Origin: an uncultured Gemmatimonadales bacterium
GTDB lineage: Bacteria > Gemmatimonadota > Gemmatimonadetes > Longimicrobiales > RSA9
Direction: 5' to 3'
Assembly: GCA_963708135.1 (NCBI GenBank)
Contig: OY970192.1
Span: forward strand, 2,413,465 to 2,477,464
DNA: 64,000 nt
The position numbers were made by a program, and so were the translations under genes. Below the pieces are notes generated by a model, which was given only the letters and a program-made list of their open reading frames with translations, was not told where the DNA came from and made no database searches. Numbering within the stretch: the first letter of the stretch is position 1; each line of letters starts with the position of its first letter. Positions 43,188 through 54,339 of the stretch are shown one piece after another.

Positions 43188-44549
43188 TCACGTCGCCGCG
43201 ACCTTCTCTTTCGTGTACGTCGTCAGCTTCGACTTCAGGTCCTTCTGCGTCATGCCCAGAATCTTGGCCGTCTTCCTGTGGTCCCCGCCCGTGAAGGCGA
43301 ACGTCTTCAGGATCAGCAGCCGCTCCGCGTCGCCGAGCGAGCTGCCGACCGGCACGTAGACCTCCCGCTCCTCCATGCTCGCGTTGCGCGGCTGCAGGTC
43401 CGCGGCCTCGATCCGCTCGCCGCGCGCCAGGATCACGGCCCGCTCGATCGCGTTCTTCAGCTCCCGCACGTTGCCCGGCCAGCGATACGTCTCGATGTAC
43501 TCGATCGCCCCCTCGCCGAGCCCCTCCAGCTTCTTGCCGTGGTGTTCGCCGAAGCGCCCCAGGAACTCCTCCGCCAGCAGCAGCACGTCCCCGCCCCGCT
43601 CCCTGAGCGGCGGCAGGAACATCGGGATCACCGCCAGCCGGTGGTAGAGGTCCTCGCGCAGATCGCCGTCCTTCAGTGCGTCGTCGATGTTCTTGTTCGT
43701 GGCGGCCACCACCCGGATGTCCACCTGGATCTCCTTCTTCCCGCCCAGCCGCCGGAACGAGCGCTGCTCGAGCGCGCGCAGGAACTTCACCTGTACGTCC
43801 GGCTCCATCTCGGCCACCTCGTCCAGGAACAGCGTGCCGCCGTCCGCCAGCTCGAACGCGCCGGGCTTCTCGGCGATCGCCCCCGTGAACGCTCCCTTCT
43901 CGTGGCCGAACAGCTCGTTCTCCAGGATCTCGCGCGGGAACGCGCCGCAGTTCAGCGCGATGAACGGCCCCTTCGCGCGCGTCAACTTCTGGTGGAGCGC
44001 CCGGGCGACGAGCTCCTTCCCCGTCCCGCTCTCGCCCACGATGAGCACGCTCGCATCCGACGGAGCGACCGCCTCGATCACCGTGTAGATCTCCCGCATC
44101 TCCTCCGACTGCCCCAGCATCTCGCCGAAGCGCGTCAGGCTCTCCAGCCGCTTCTGCAGCTGCTTGTTGGCCGTCCGCACCTGGTACTTCTCCAGCGCCC
44201 GCGGGATCAGCGCCTTCAGCCGCTCCAGGTCGAGCGGCTTCGGCAGGTAGTCGTACGCGCCGTTGCGCATCGCCTCCACCGCGTCCGCCACCGTCCCCTT
44301 GCCCGTGATGAAGATCACCTCGCTGTCGATCTTCTCCTCGCGCATTTTCGCGAACAGCTCCAGCCCGTCGATGCGCGGCATCTTCAGGTCGGCCAGCACC
44401 AGACCGTACTCCACCGCCTGCACCTTCTCCAGCGCCTCCCTCCCGTCCGCGGCCGTGTCAGCCTCGTAGCCCTCCTCCTGGAGGAGCATCTGGAGACCTT
44501 CGGCAATGTGCCGTTCGTCGTCCGCGATCAGCAGCTTGGGTTGGCTCAT
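43188..44549 (-). CDS. sigma-54-dependent response regulator (NtrC family)
   Basis: 453 aa; receiver domain (LIADDE...LVLADLKMP), AAA+ domain with GESGTGKE and the GAFTGA sigma54-contact motif, C-terminal HTH. Confidence 0.9.
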   Translation of the reverse strand: MSQPKLLIADDERHIAEGLQMLLQEEGYEADTAADGREALEKVQAVEYGLVLADLKMPRIDGLELFAKMREEKIDSEVIFITGKGTVADAVEAMRNGAYDYLPKPLDLERLKALIPRALEKYQVRTANKQLQKRLESLTRFGEMLGQSEEMREIYTVIEAVAPSDASVLIVGESGTGKELVARALHQKLTRAKGPFIALNCGAFPREILENELFGHEKGAFTGAIAEKPGAFELADGGTLFLDEVAEMEPDVQVKFLRALEQRSFRRLGGKKEIQVDIRVVAATNKNIDDALKDGDLREDLYHRLAVIPMFLPPLRERGGDVLLLAEEFLGRFGEHHGKKLEGLGEGAIEYIETYRWPGNVRELKNAIERAVILARGERIEAADLQPRNASMEEREVYVPVGSSLGDAERLLILKTFAFTGGDHRKTAKILGMTQKDLKSKLTTYTKEKVAAT

Positions 44550-44609
44550 ACGCTCCGCATGCAGATTCCGTGGGTACCGCCTGAAAGTTGACCGCCGCCG
44601 ACGACCCGG

Positions 44610-45401
44610 TCAAGCACGCCCGGCAAGCGGCACCGACAGCGTGAACGCGACGCCCCGCCCCTCCAGCCCCGGCGCCTCCTCCAGCAGCACCGTCCCGCCC
44701 GCCGCCGCCGCCAGGTGGCACGCCACCGCCAGTCCCAGTCCGCGCCGGCCCGGCCGCGAGGAGACCCCCGGCTCGCCCAGCCGCTGCCGCAGCGACGCCT
44801 CGATCCCCGGCCCGTCATCGGCCACCCGCACGCGCGCCACCCCGCTCCCCACCACCACCGCCACGGACACGCGCCCACCCCCACTCGCGGCATCCAGCCC
44901 GTTCAGCACCAGGTTCAGCACCACGTGGCGCAACGCGTGCTTCGCCATCGCGACGCGCGGGCCCAGCCCCGGCGAGGTGTATTCCACGTCAACGCGGGCG
45001 AGCTTGCCGAGCACCTCCACGAGCGGAACGATCTCCTCGAGCGCGGCCGCCAGGTCGCTCTCCGCCTCCTCGTCGCGGGGCGGCCGGATCACGCGCAGCA
45101 GCTGCTCGACGAGGGCGTTCACCCGCCGCATCTCGGTCTCCAGGATGCCGACGCGCTCGAGCGCGTCGGCGCCGCGGTCCGCCTCCACACGACGCCGCAG
45201 CAACTCGAGGTTGATCACCATGGCGTGCAGCGGGTTCTTGATCTCGTGCGCGAGGTCGTCCGCCAGCCGGCTGACCAGATCCAGCCGGTTGGCCTGCACC
45301 TCCAGGACACTCACCTGCGTCGCCTGGCCGATCACGGTCTCGGAGTCGGGGTCTGGGTCATGGGTCGATGGCGAGGATGCTGCACGATCCGTTCCCCCCA
45401 C
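44610..45401 (-). CDS. soluble sensor histidine kinase core (HisKA plus HATPase), no TM or sensor domain
   Basis: 263 aa; H-box LAHEIKNPLHAM; N, G1 and G2 boxes (LNGLDAASGGG, DDGPGI, GLGLAV); directly upstream of the NtrC-like regulator. Confidence 0.8.
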   Translation of the reverse strand: MGGTDRAASSPSTHDPDPDSETVIGQATQVSVLEVQANRLDLVSRLADDLAHEIKNPLHAMVINLELLRRRVEADRGADALERVGILETEMRRVNALVEQLLRVIRPPRDEEAESDLAAALEEIVPLVEVLGKLARVDVEYTSPGLGPRVAMAKHALRHVVLNLVLNGLDAASGGGRVSVAVVVGSGVARVRVADDGPGIEASLRQRLGEPGVSSRPGRRGLGLAVACHLAAAAGGTVLLEEAPGLEGRGVAFTLSVPLAGRA

Positions 45402-45407
45402 CGCGCC

Positions 45408-46262
45408 TCAGGAAGGCACGCGCGAATCCCGCTCCGCCGCCGCCTCGCGCGCCACCTGCGCCCAGTAGGGGCCCGCGAGCGACGTGGCCGCGTGCCGCGC
45501 CTCCGCCGGGAACACCCGGCCGTCCAGCGAGCGGAACGGCACGATGCCGAGCGAGGACATGGTGGCGAACGCCTCCTCCGCGCCGTCCAGCGCGCCGCGC
45601 GGGAAGCTCCCCTCCTCGACGCTGAGCCCGAGGCCGGGCGCCAGCTCGAGCAGCGCCGCGCGCGTCACGCCTTCGAGCAGCCCCAGCGCCGCGGCCGGCG
45701 TGTAGAGCACATCGCCGCGTCGCCAGAACACGTTCCAGCTCGGCCCCTCGGCCACGGCCCCCTCCTCGCAGAGGAGCAGCGCGTCCTCGGCGCCGGCGCG
45801 GCGCGCCTCCAGCCGTGCCAGCAGCCCGTGCAGCCGTCCGAGCGTCTTCAGACGCGAGAGCGGGCCGGGCGGCGGGTGCCGGACCGCCGCCGTCGCGATC
45901 GTCCAGCCGGCCGCGGCGCGCTCGCGCCAGTCCGCCGGCAGCGGCGCGAGGGTTCCGAGCACGGTGGGCCCGGCGCCGGGCCGTCCGCGCGTGATCGTGA
46001 GGCGGAGCCCCGCCTCCTCGATGGCGTTACGCTCCGCCAGCCCGACGGCGATGGTGCGCAGCGTATCGGCCGGCGGCAGTGGGATCTCGAGCGCGGCCGC
46101 GCCGGCGGCGAGGCGTTCGAGGTGGCGCCCGAGTCGGAAGTAGCCGCCGCGGTGCAGCCGGGCGGTCTCGAAGAGGGCGTCGCCGTGGAGGAACCCGCGG
46201 TCGTCGATCGGGATACACGCGTCCGCCGCGTCCAGCCAGCGGCCGTCGAGATGGACGATCAC
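45408..46262 (-). CDS. class IV aminotransferase (branched-chain or 4-amino-4-deoxychorismate lyase-like)
   Basis: 284 aa; DRGFLHGDALFETARL N-terminal fold-type IV signature. Confidence 0.75.
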   Translation of the reverse strand: MIVHLDGRWLDAADACIPIDDRGFLHGDALFETARLHRGGYFRLGRHLERLAAGAAALEIPLPPADTLRTIAVGLAERNAIEEAGLRLTITRGRPGAGPTVLGTLAPLPADWRERAAAGWTIATAAVRHPPPGPLSRLKTLGRLHGLLARLEARRAGAEDALLLCEEGAVAEGPSWNVFWRRGDVLYTPAAALGLLEGVTRAALLELAPGLGLSVEEGSFPRGALDGAEEAFATMSSLGIVPFRSLDGRVFPAEARHAATSLAGPYWAQVAREAAAERDSRVPS

Positions 46263-46284
46263 GCGCCGATCGCGGGGGGCCGCG

Positions 46285-47700
<1,416 letters not shown>

Positions 47701-47704
47701 GACG

Positions 47705-48484
47705 CTAGATCTCGACGGCGAGGCCGTCGTAGGCGGGCTCCACCCCGGCGGGCAGGCGCGCGGCCAGCTCGGCGTGCACCAGACGGTGCGTCAGGTGGGT
47801 CAGATAGGTACGCTCCGCGCCGACGGCCGCCGCCGCCGCCAGCGCTTCCTCGATGTTGAGGTGGGTGGGGTGCGGGCGCCCGAACCAGAGCGCGTTCAGC
47901 ACCAGCACGCGCACACCCGCGAGCGCCTCCAGCGTGCGCGGCGGCAGCGACTTGGCATCCGTGACGTAGCCGAGCGCTCCGGCCCGGAAGCCGTACGCCT
48001 CCATGTCGCCGTGCGGCACGGGGAGCGGCGTCATCTCGAGCCCCGCCACCCGAAGCGGGACGTAGGGCTGGTAGCTCTGCAGCCGGATCTCCGGCCGCGT
48101 GGTGCCCTCCGGCGGGCGGTAGTCGCGGTCGAAGATGTAGCCGAACTTCTCGCGCAGAACCCGCGCGCACTCGGGGTCGGCGTACGCGGGCAGCGCCGCC
48201 GTCCCGCGCACGGAGAAGACGCGCAGGTCGTCGATGCCGTGGATGTGGTCCGCGTGGCAGTGCGTGTAGTAGACGGCGTCCACGCGGTCCACTCCCGCGG
48301 CCAGCAGCTGGAGCCTCAGCTCCGGCGGCGTGTCGACGAGGACGGCCGCGCCGTCGTCCGTCTCGAGCAGCGCGCCGTGCCGCGAGCGGCGGTCGTGCGG
48401 GTCGGCCGAGGTGCACGCCGCGCAGCGGCAGCCAACCACCGGGATCCCGAAGGAGGTCCCGGTGCCGAGGAAGGTGAGCCTCAC
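47705..48484 (-). CDS. MBL-fold metallo-hydrolase (PhnP/GPP family-like), GTG start
   Basis: VRLTFLGTGTSFGIPVVGCRCAAC...YYTHCHADHIHG (HxHxDH); GTGA overlap with pyk stop at 48481-48484. Confidence 0.75.
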   Translation of the reverse strand: MRLTFLGTGTSFGIPVVGCRCAACTSADPHDRRSRHGALLETDDGAAVLVDTPPELRLQLLAAGVDRVDAVYYTHCHADHIHGIDDLRVFSVRGTAALPAYADPECARVLREKFGYIFDRDYRPPEGTTRPEIRLQSYQPYVPLRVAGLEMTPLPVPHGDMEAYGFRAGALGYVTDAKSLPPRTLEALAGVRVLVLNALWFGRPHPTHLNIEEALAAAAAVGAERTYLTHLTHRLVHAELAARLPAGVEPAYDGLAVEI

Positions 48485-49893
48485 AGCTCCTCGACCTTCA
48501 GCATGTTGGTCGTCCCCGGCACGTGGAAGGGGACTCCGGCCGTGACCACGATCCGCTGCCCCTCGTGCGCCAGGCCGCTCTCGAGCAGCCGCTCGCGCGC
48601 GCACGCCAGCATGTTGTCGTACGTCACCTCTCCGTGGCAGAGCACCGGCGTCACGCCCCACACCAGCGCCAGCTGGCGGTAGGTCCGCTCCTGGTCGCTC
48701 ACGCCCAGGATCGGGACCGGCGGCCGGTAGCTCGAGACCAGCCGCGCCGAGAAGCCCGTGCGCGTGAACGTCACGATCGCCGGCGCGCCCAGCAGGCTCG
48801 CCGCTTCCACCGTAGCCGCCGAGATGGCGTGCTCGGTGGGCGTGGCGCCCGCGCGCAGGTGGTCCAGCACCGGTACGTCGTATTTCGGCCCTTCGCCGTA
48901 CGCCTGCGTGCGCTCGATCTCGCCGGCGATCCGCACCATTGCCTCGACCGCGAGCAGCGGGTAGCGCCCCATGGCGGTCTCCCCGGACAGCATCACCGCG
49001 TCCGTACCGTCGAAGAGGGCGTTCGCGACGTCGCTCGTCTCCGCCCGCGTCGGACGCGGGTTCTCGATCATCGACTCCAGCATCTGCGTGGCCGTGATCA
49101 CGGGGCGGCCGTACAGGTTGGCGTACTGCACGATGCGCTTCTGCGCGATCGGCACCTGCTCGAAGGGCAGCTCCACGCCCAGGTCGCCGCGGGCGACCAT
49201 CACCGCGTCCGTCTCCGCGAGGATCGACTCGAGGTTCTCCAGCGCCGTGTCCTTCTCGATCTTGGCCACGATCAGCATGCCCTTCGGGATCCGGCCGCGC
49301 AGGTCCACCACGTCCTCCGCCCGCTGCACGAAGCTCAGCCCTATGTAGTCCACCCCGTGCTCGACCGCGAACGCCAGGTCCGTCAGGTCCTTGGGCGTCA
49401 GCGCGGGCGCGCTCACGCGCACGCCCGGCAGGTTCATCCCCTTGTGCTCCTTCAGCAGCCCCCCGCGGATCACGCGCGCGAGCACCCGCGGCGGCCGCAC
49501 CTCCTCGACCCGCAGCTCCATGAGCCCGTCGTCCAGGAGCACGCGGTCTCCCGGCGCCACGTCCCCCGCGAGCCCCGCGTACGTCGTCGGCAGCTCGTCG
49601 CCCGAGGCCTGCTCCTCCGGCGCCAGCGTGACGTGCTGCTGCTCGCGCAGCTCGAGCGGCGCCGGCAGCGCGCCGATCCGGATCTTCGGCCCACCCAGGT
49701 CCGCCAGCACCGCCATCGGCTTGCCCATCACCCGCGACGCCTCCCGCACCCACTCCACCACCTGCGCGTGCGTCTCGTGCGCGCCGTGCGCGAAGTTCAC
49801 CCGCACGACGTCCACGCCCAGCTCCGCCAGCGCGTGGATCCGGTCCCGCTCGGCCGTGGCCGGCCCTATGGTCGCAACGATCTTGGTTCGCAC
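48481..49893 (-). CDS. pyk: pyruvate kinase
   Basis: 470 aa; MRTKIVATIGPA..., MVARGDLGVE, TATQMLESM motifs. Confidence 0.95.
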   Translation of the reverse strand: MRTKIVATIGPATAERDRIHALAELGVDVVRVNFAHGAHETHAQVVEWVREASRVMGKPMAVLADLGGPKIRIGALPAPLELREQQHVTLAPEEQASGDELPTTYAGLAGDVAPGDRVLLDDGLMELRVEEVRPPRVLARVIRGGLLKEHKGMNLPGVRVSAPALTPKDLTDLAFAVEHGVDYIGLSFVQRAEDVVDLRGRIPKGMLIVAKIEKDTALENLESILAETDAVMVARGDLGVELPFEQVPIAQKRIVQYANLYGRPVITATQMLESMIENPRPTRAETSDVANALFDGTDAVMLSGETAMGRYPLLAVEAMVRIAGEIERTQAYGEGPKYDVPVLDHLRAGATPTEHAISAATVEAASLLGAPAIVTFTRTGFSARLVSSYRPPVPILGVSDQERTYRQLALVWGVTPVLCHGEVTYDNMLACARERLLESGLAHEGQRIVVTAGVPFHVPGTTNMLKVEEL

Positions 49894-49934
49894 CCCGACT
49901 CCCGTCCCACTTCACCGGTCCATGTCCCGCGGCG

Positions 49935-51593
49935 TCAGCCGCGCTCGTTCCACACCACCACCCCGCCCACCACCGCCGCCACGCAGCGGAGCGACAGCAG
50001 CTCCGCCCCCGCCGCCTCGAGCGGGTCGCGGTCCCACGCGGCGAAGTCCGCATCGGCGCCGGCGGCGAGGTGGCCCCGCGTCACCTGGAGCCCGGCGGCC
50101 CGCGCCGCGCCCCGGGTGTAGCCGGCCAGCGTCTCGGCCATCCCGATCCGCTCCTCCGGGTGCCAGCCCCCCGCCGGCCCGCCCTCCGCATCCTGCCGCG
50201 CGGTGGCGCCCAGGAACCCGAGCCGCGGATCCACCGGCTCGACCGGCGCATCCGAGCCGAAGGCCAGCGTCGCGCCCGCCCGCGCGAGCGAGCCGAACGC
50301 GTACGCGCCGCGGCAGCGCGCCTCGCCCCAGTGCCGGTCCGCGGCCCGCCAGTCCGTGCACAGGTGGGCCGGCTGCATCGAGCAGACGATCCCCGCCCGC
50401 GCCGCGTCGCCGAAGCGCTCCGGCGGGCAGAGCTGCACGTGCTCGATCCGGTGCGGCAGCGCGAGCCCGCTCCCGCCCACGCGAGCCAGCACGTCCAGGG
50501 CCAGCTCGACGGCCGCGTCCCCGATCGCGTGCACCGTGGTGGCCAGCCCGCCCGCCACGGCGCGCGCCACCGCCGCCTCGAACTCCTCTGGCGCGAGGAC
50601 GCGGATCCCGCGCTCCGACGCCGTACCCTCGTACGGCTCGCGCAGCCACGCCGTGCGCGAGCCGAGCGCGCCGTCCAGAAACATCTTCACCCCGCCCACG
50701 CGCAGCCACTCGCCGCCGAAGCCGCTCCGGAGGCCCAGCCGGAGCGCGTCGTCGAGCCGCTCGAGCGGAAGCTGCTGGAGCACCCGGAGCCGCAGCAGGT
50801 CCTCCGCCCGCAGCGCCTCGAGCAGCGCCAGCGGCTCGGGGCCCGTCAGGTGGATGTTCGGGAACGAGTGGACACCCGTGATCCCCAGCCGGTGCAGCGC
50901 CGCCTGCGCGTCGAGAACGAGCGAGCGAGCCTCCGCCGGCGCGGGCGCCGGCACCGTCCGCGTTACGAGCTGCGCGGCCGCCTCGAGCAGCACGCCCGTC
51001 GGCGCGCCGCGCGCGTCGCGCACGATCCGGCCGCCCTCGGGATCGGGCGTGTCCGCTCCGATCCCGCACGCTTCGAGCGCCCGGGTGTTGACCCACAGCG
51101 CGTGCATGTCGTGGCTCTGGAGCGCGACCGGCCGGTCGGCCACCGCCGCGTCCAGCACGAGGCGGTCCGGGTAGCCCCCACCCCAGTGGTGCGGATTCCA
51201 CCCCCGTCCGAGGAGCCAGCCGCCGGGGAAACCGCGGCCGGCCGCGGGTCGATCGCCGGCGCCGGCCGCGTCGCCGACGCCGCCCGCCCCCGCGCCGCCG
51301 CTGCCTGCGCGGCGGCCGGCGAGCGCGTCCGCGCACGCCTCGGGTGTGCGGGCCCGGGCGAGGTCCACCTCGCGGCGGGAGACCGCCCACTCGAGCAGGT
51401 GCAGGTGGGAGTCCGTCAGGCCGGGAGTGAGGGTGGTGCCGCGCAGGTCGAGCACCGCGGCGCCGGGCGCCTCGCGCCGCAGCGCGTCCCGGCTGCCGCC
51501 GGCGATGATGCGGCCGCGCCGCACGAGCAGCGCCTGCGCGGGCGCGGAGGCGCGATCCAGCGTGTGGACCCGGTCGGCGAGGACGAGCAGCAC
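49935..51593 (-). CDS. amidohydrolase-family metal-dependent hydrolase (Amidohydro_3/YtcJ-like)
   Basis: 552 aa; HLHLLEW (HxH), VKMFLDGALGS, AFGSDAPVEP metal-binding motifs. Confidence 0.8.
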   Translation of the reverse strand: MLLVLADRVHTLDRASAPAQALLVRRGRIIAGGSRDALRREAPGAAVLDLRGTTLTPGLTDSHLHLLEWAVSRREVDLARARTPEACADALAGRRAGSGGAGAGGVGDAAGAGDRPAAGRGFPGGWLLGRGWNPHHWGGGYPDRLVLDAAVADRPVALQSHDMHALWVNTRALEACGIGADTPDPEGGRIVRDARGAPTGVLLEAAAQLVTRTVPAPAPAEARSLVLDAQAALHRLGITGVHSFPNIHLTGPEPLALLEALRAEDLLRLRVLQQLPLERLDDALRLGLRSGFGGEWLRVGGVKMFLDGALGSRTAWLREPYEGTASERGIRVLAPEEFEAAVARAVAGGLATTVHAIGDAAVELALDVLARVGGSGLALPHRIEHVQLCPPERFGDAARAGIVCSMQPAHLCTDWRAADRHWGEARCRGAYAFGSLARAGATLAFGSDAPVEPVDPRLGFLGATARQDAEGGPAGGWHPEERIGMAETLAGYTRGAARAAGLQVTRGHLAAGADADFAAWDRDPLEAAGAELLSLRCVAAVVGGVVVWNERG

Positions 51594-51614
51594 GGTGGCC
51601 TCCGGGCTCCGCCC

Positions 51615-52541
51615 TCAGCGCTCCGCCGCGGCCGTGCCCTCGACGCCCTCGTAGACGATGCGCGAGAGGTCACCGATGAGCACGGCGGCGTCGTTGTCGA
51701 GGCGCCAGCTCCGGTCCTGGTTCTCCTTCGTCAGCACCGCCAGCACATAGTCGCGCGACTTGGCGTACACGATGGCGACGTCGTTGCGCGTCGCGTCCGT
51801 CTCGCCGGTCTTGTGCGCGACCGTCGCATCCGGGGGCAGGTAGCGCGGAATCTCGATCTGCCCGGCCATCTGCTTCTTCAGCATGTCAACCATCTGCGTG
51901 GAGGCGTCGGGGGAGACGGCCGTGCCGTCGTAGATCACGGCCATGAGCTTCGCGATCTCGAGCGGCGTGGTCGAGCCGAGGCCGTACTTCGCCGACGAGT
52001 CCGGGTTGATGGTCGTGCGCGCGCGCTCGAAGACCTTGGCCCACAGGCGCGTATGCCCGAGCCCGAGCGAGTCCATGCGCGCGTTCACCGCGCGGATCCC
52101 GAGCTTGCTCACGAGCAGATTGGTGGCCGTGTTGTCGCTCACGGCGATCATCAGCGTGGCCGCGTCCTTCACGGTCAGCTCGTGCGGCGCGTGCAGGAAC
52201 TGCAGCACTCCCGAGCCGGGCTCCCGATCGCCCGCCAGCATGAGCAGCGGATCGTCGAGATGGATGCTGCCGAGGCGCACACGGTGGAAAAGCTCGGTCA
52301 GAACCCCTAGCTTGATCACGCTCGCGGTCGGGAACGTCTCGTCGCCGCGGATGGCCAGGGTCTCGCCGGTCTTCGGATCGATGAGCGCGAGGCCGACCAC
52401 GCCGTGGTGCTGGGCGATCCTCGCCTCGAGCGCCGGTCGCAGCGCCGAGAACGGCTGCTGCGCGCCGGCCTCGCGGGGCCCCGCCAGGAGCGCCACGACG
52501 GCGACGGCGGCGGGCATGCGGAGCGCGAGGGGCACGCGCAT
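51615..52541 (-). CDS. class A beta-lactamase-family serine hydrolase (secreted)
   Basis: Start MRVPLALRMPAAVAVVALLAG (RBS gggaggag); SVIK (SxxK), SDN and KTG motifs at class-A spacing; omega-loop ExxLN not canonical. Confidence 0.75.
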   Translation of the reverse strand: MRVPLALRMPAAVAVVALLAGPREAGAQQPFSALRPALEARIAQHHGVVGLALIDPKTGETLAIRGDETFPTASVIKLGVLTELFHRVRLGSIHLDDPLLMLAGDREPGSGVLQFLHAPHELTVKDAATLMIAVSDNTATNLLVSKLGIRAVNARMDSLGLGHTRLWAKVFERARTTINPDSSAKYGLGSTTPLEIAKLMAVIYDGTAVSPDASTQMVDMLKKQMAGQIEIPRYLPPDATVAHKTGETDATRNDVAIVYAKSRDYVLAVLTKENQDRSWRLDNDAAVLIGDLSRIVYEGVEGTAAAER

Positions 52542-52686
52542 CGGGAACTCCTCCCTGCCTCGTGAGCGGTGCGGTGCTTCGGGTGCCGCGGCGCCGGCCG
52601 GACGCGGCATTCGAGCGGCGCCGGAACACTAGTCGCGCCACGCACGCGGCGCAAACGGGCAGACTCCTTGCACGCGCCGGGGGCGC

Positions 52687-53808
52687 ATGGACACCGTTCA
52701 CACCGAAGAACAGGTCTCGGCGCTGGCCGGGCGCCTGGCCAACGAGCCGCTCGTCGCCGCCGACACCGAGGCGGCCGGCTACCACAGGTACCACGACAGG
52801 ATCTGCCTGCTGCAGCTCTCGACGCGGCGCGAGACCTTCCTCGTGGACACCCTCGCGCTCGGCGACCTAGACCCGCTCGCCCCCCTCTTCGAGCGTTTCG
52901 CCACCGAGGTCGTCTTCCACGACGCCGACTACGACCTGCGCCTCCTCTCGCGCGACTTCGGCATCGAGGTGCACGCCCTCTTCGACACCAAGATCGCCGC
53001 CCAGATGCTCGGCGAGCCCGCCTTCGGCCTGGCCAACCTGCTGGAGAAGCACCTGGGCCTGCGGCTCGAGAAGAAGCACCAGCGCGCCGACTGGGCGCAG
53101 CGGCCGCTGCCCCGAGACATGCTCGAGTACGCCGCCGAGGACACGCGCTCACTACCCGCGCTGCGCGACCGGCTGAAGGAGCTCCTGGAGGAGAGGGGCC
53201 GGTTGGGCTGGGCCGAGGAGGAGTTCAGGGTGCAGGAAACCGTGCGCTGGACCACCGCGCCCGACGATCCCGACGCGTTCCTGCGCCTCAAGGGCACGCG
53301 CGAGCTCAAGCCCCGCCAGCTCGCCGCGCTGCGCGAGCTCTACGCCTGGCGCGAGGAGGAGGCCTCCGCCCGCGACCGCGCGAGCTTCCGCGTCATGGGC
53401 AACGACGCGCTGCTCGCCGTCGCCCGCGAGATGCCGGCCGCGCGCGGCGCGCTCGAGGACGTGAAGGGCCTGCCCCGCTCCTACGTCGAGCGCTTCGGCC
53501 CCGAGCTGCTCTCCGCCGTCCGCCGCGCGCGCGCCCTGCCGGACACCGAGCTGCCGGTCCGCCGCCGCGGCCCCTCTCGCCCGCCGCCCGACCCCGAGCT
53601 CGACGCCCTGCTCGATCGCCTGAAGGGTGCCCGCGACCGAGCCGCCGAGGAGCTCGGCCTCGACCGCGGCTTCCTCATGCCCCGCTCCCAGCTCGAGGAG
53701 CTCGCCCGCGCCCACCCCTCCTCCCGGGAGCAGATGGCCGCCCTCCCCGGCTTCCGCCACTGGCAGGTCGAGGCCGCCGGCACGCTGCTCATGAAGGTGC
53801 TGGGCTGA
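52687..53808 (+). CDS. rnd: ribonuclease D
   Basis: 373 aa; DEDDy 3'-5' exonuclease motifs (VAADTEAAGYH, FHDADYDL, YAAEDT) plus HRDC region. Confidence 0.85.
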   Translation: MDTVHTEEQVSALAGRLANEPLVAADTEAAGYHRYHDRICLLQLSTRRETFLVDTLALGDLDPLAPLFERFATEVVFHDADYDLRLLSRDFGIEVHALFDTKIAAQMLGEPAFGLANLLEKHLGLRLEKKHQRADWAQRPLPRDMLEYAAEDTRSLPALRDRLKELLEERGRLGWAEEEFRVQETVRWTTAPDDPDAFLRLKGTRELKPRQLAALRELYAWREEEASARDRASFRVMGNDALLAVAREMPAARGALEDVKGLPRSYVERFGPELLSAVRRARALPDTELPVRRRGPSRPPPDPELDALLDRLKGARDRAAEELGLDRGFLMPRSQLEELARAHPSSREQMAALPGFRHWQVEAAGTLLMKVLG

Positions 53809-53832
53809 ATCTCCGTCCCCGCCTCCACTCCA

Positions 53833-54055
53833 GAGTGGGAGAGTGGGAGAGTGGGAGACCGGGCGACGCTCGCCGCCGCCGACCGCGCCCGGGCCGCTCC
53901 TGCCCTCCGGCGGTTCCACGCTCGCCCCTCTCACCCCCCTGCCTCCCTGCCGCTGCCCCTGCCCCCTCCACCTCCACCTCCACCTGAACCTGCCCCTGCC
54001 TTCCGTTTCTGCCTTCTGCCCCTCCACCTCCACGTACCCCTACCCCTACCCCTCC
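53833..54055 (+). repeat. Simple-sequence repeat locus: (GAGTGGGA)3, a C-rich tract, (CCACCT)3-4, (CCCCTA)3
   Basis: gagtgggagagtgggagagtgggagacc at 53833-53860; cctccacctccacctccacct ~53960; tacccctacccctacccct ~54035; ~190 nt pyrimidine-only run on the plus strand between convergent genes. Confidence 0.6.
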
Positions 54056-54061
54056 GCGGGC

Positions 54062-54289
54062 CTACTGGTCGAGGTACCAGACGCTCAGGATGATCTCCCT
54101 GTCCCCCGCGCCGCCGCTCCCGGGAATCACCGACTGCCGGACCTCCACGATCTCGCGCTGCGGCCGCGCGCCCAGCCACGCGTTCACCGACTTCTCCAGC
54201 GCCTCCAGCCCTCGCTCGTTGAAGAACTTCACCTGCATCGCGCGCCCGGCGCCGGAATGCGACGGGACCGACGGGATCTCGAACGTCAT
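54062..54289 (-). CDS. small hypothetical protein (75 aa), DUF4177-like pattern (tentative)
   Basis: MTFEIPSVPSHSGAGRAMQVKFFNERGLEALEKSVNAWLGARPQREIVEVRQSVIPGSGGAGDREIILSVWYLDQ; RBS gaggagg; the 553-aa ORF-track entry is an upstream in-frame artefact. Confidence 0.5.
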   Translation of the reverse strand: MTFEIPSVPSHSGAGRAMQVKFFNERGLEALEKSVNAWLGARPQREIVEVRQSVIPGSGGAGDREIILSVWYLDQ

Positions 54290-54339
54290 GCGCTCCTCCT
54301 CGCGTTCGTGCCTGCCCGGCCGCGCCGGGCGGCCGCGGC

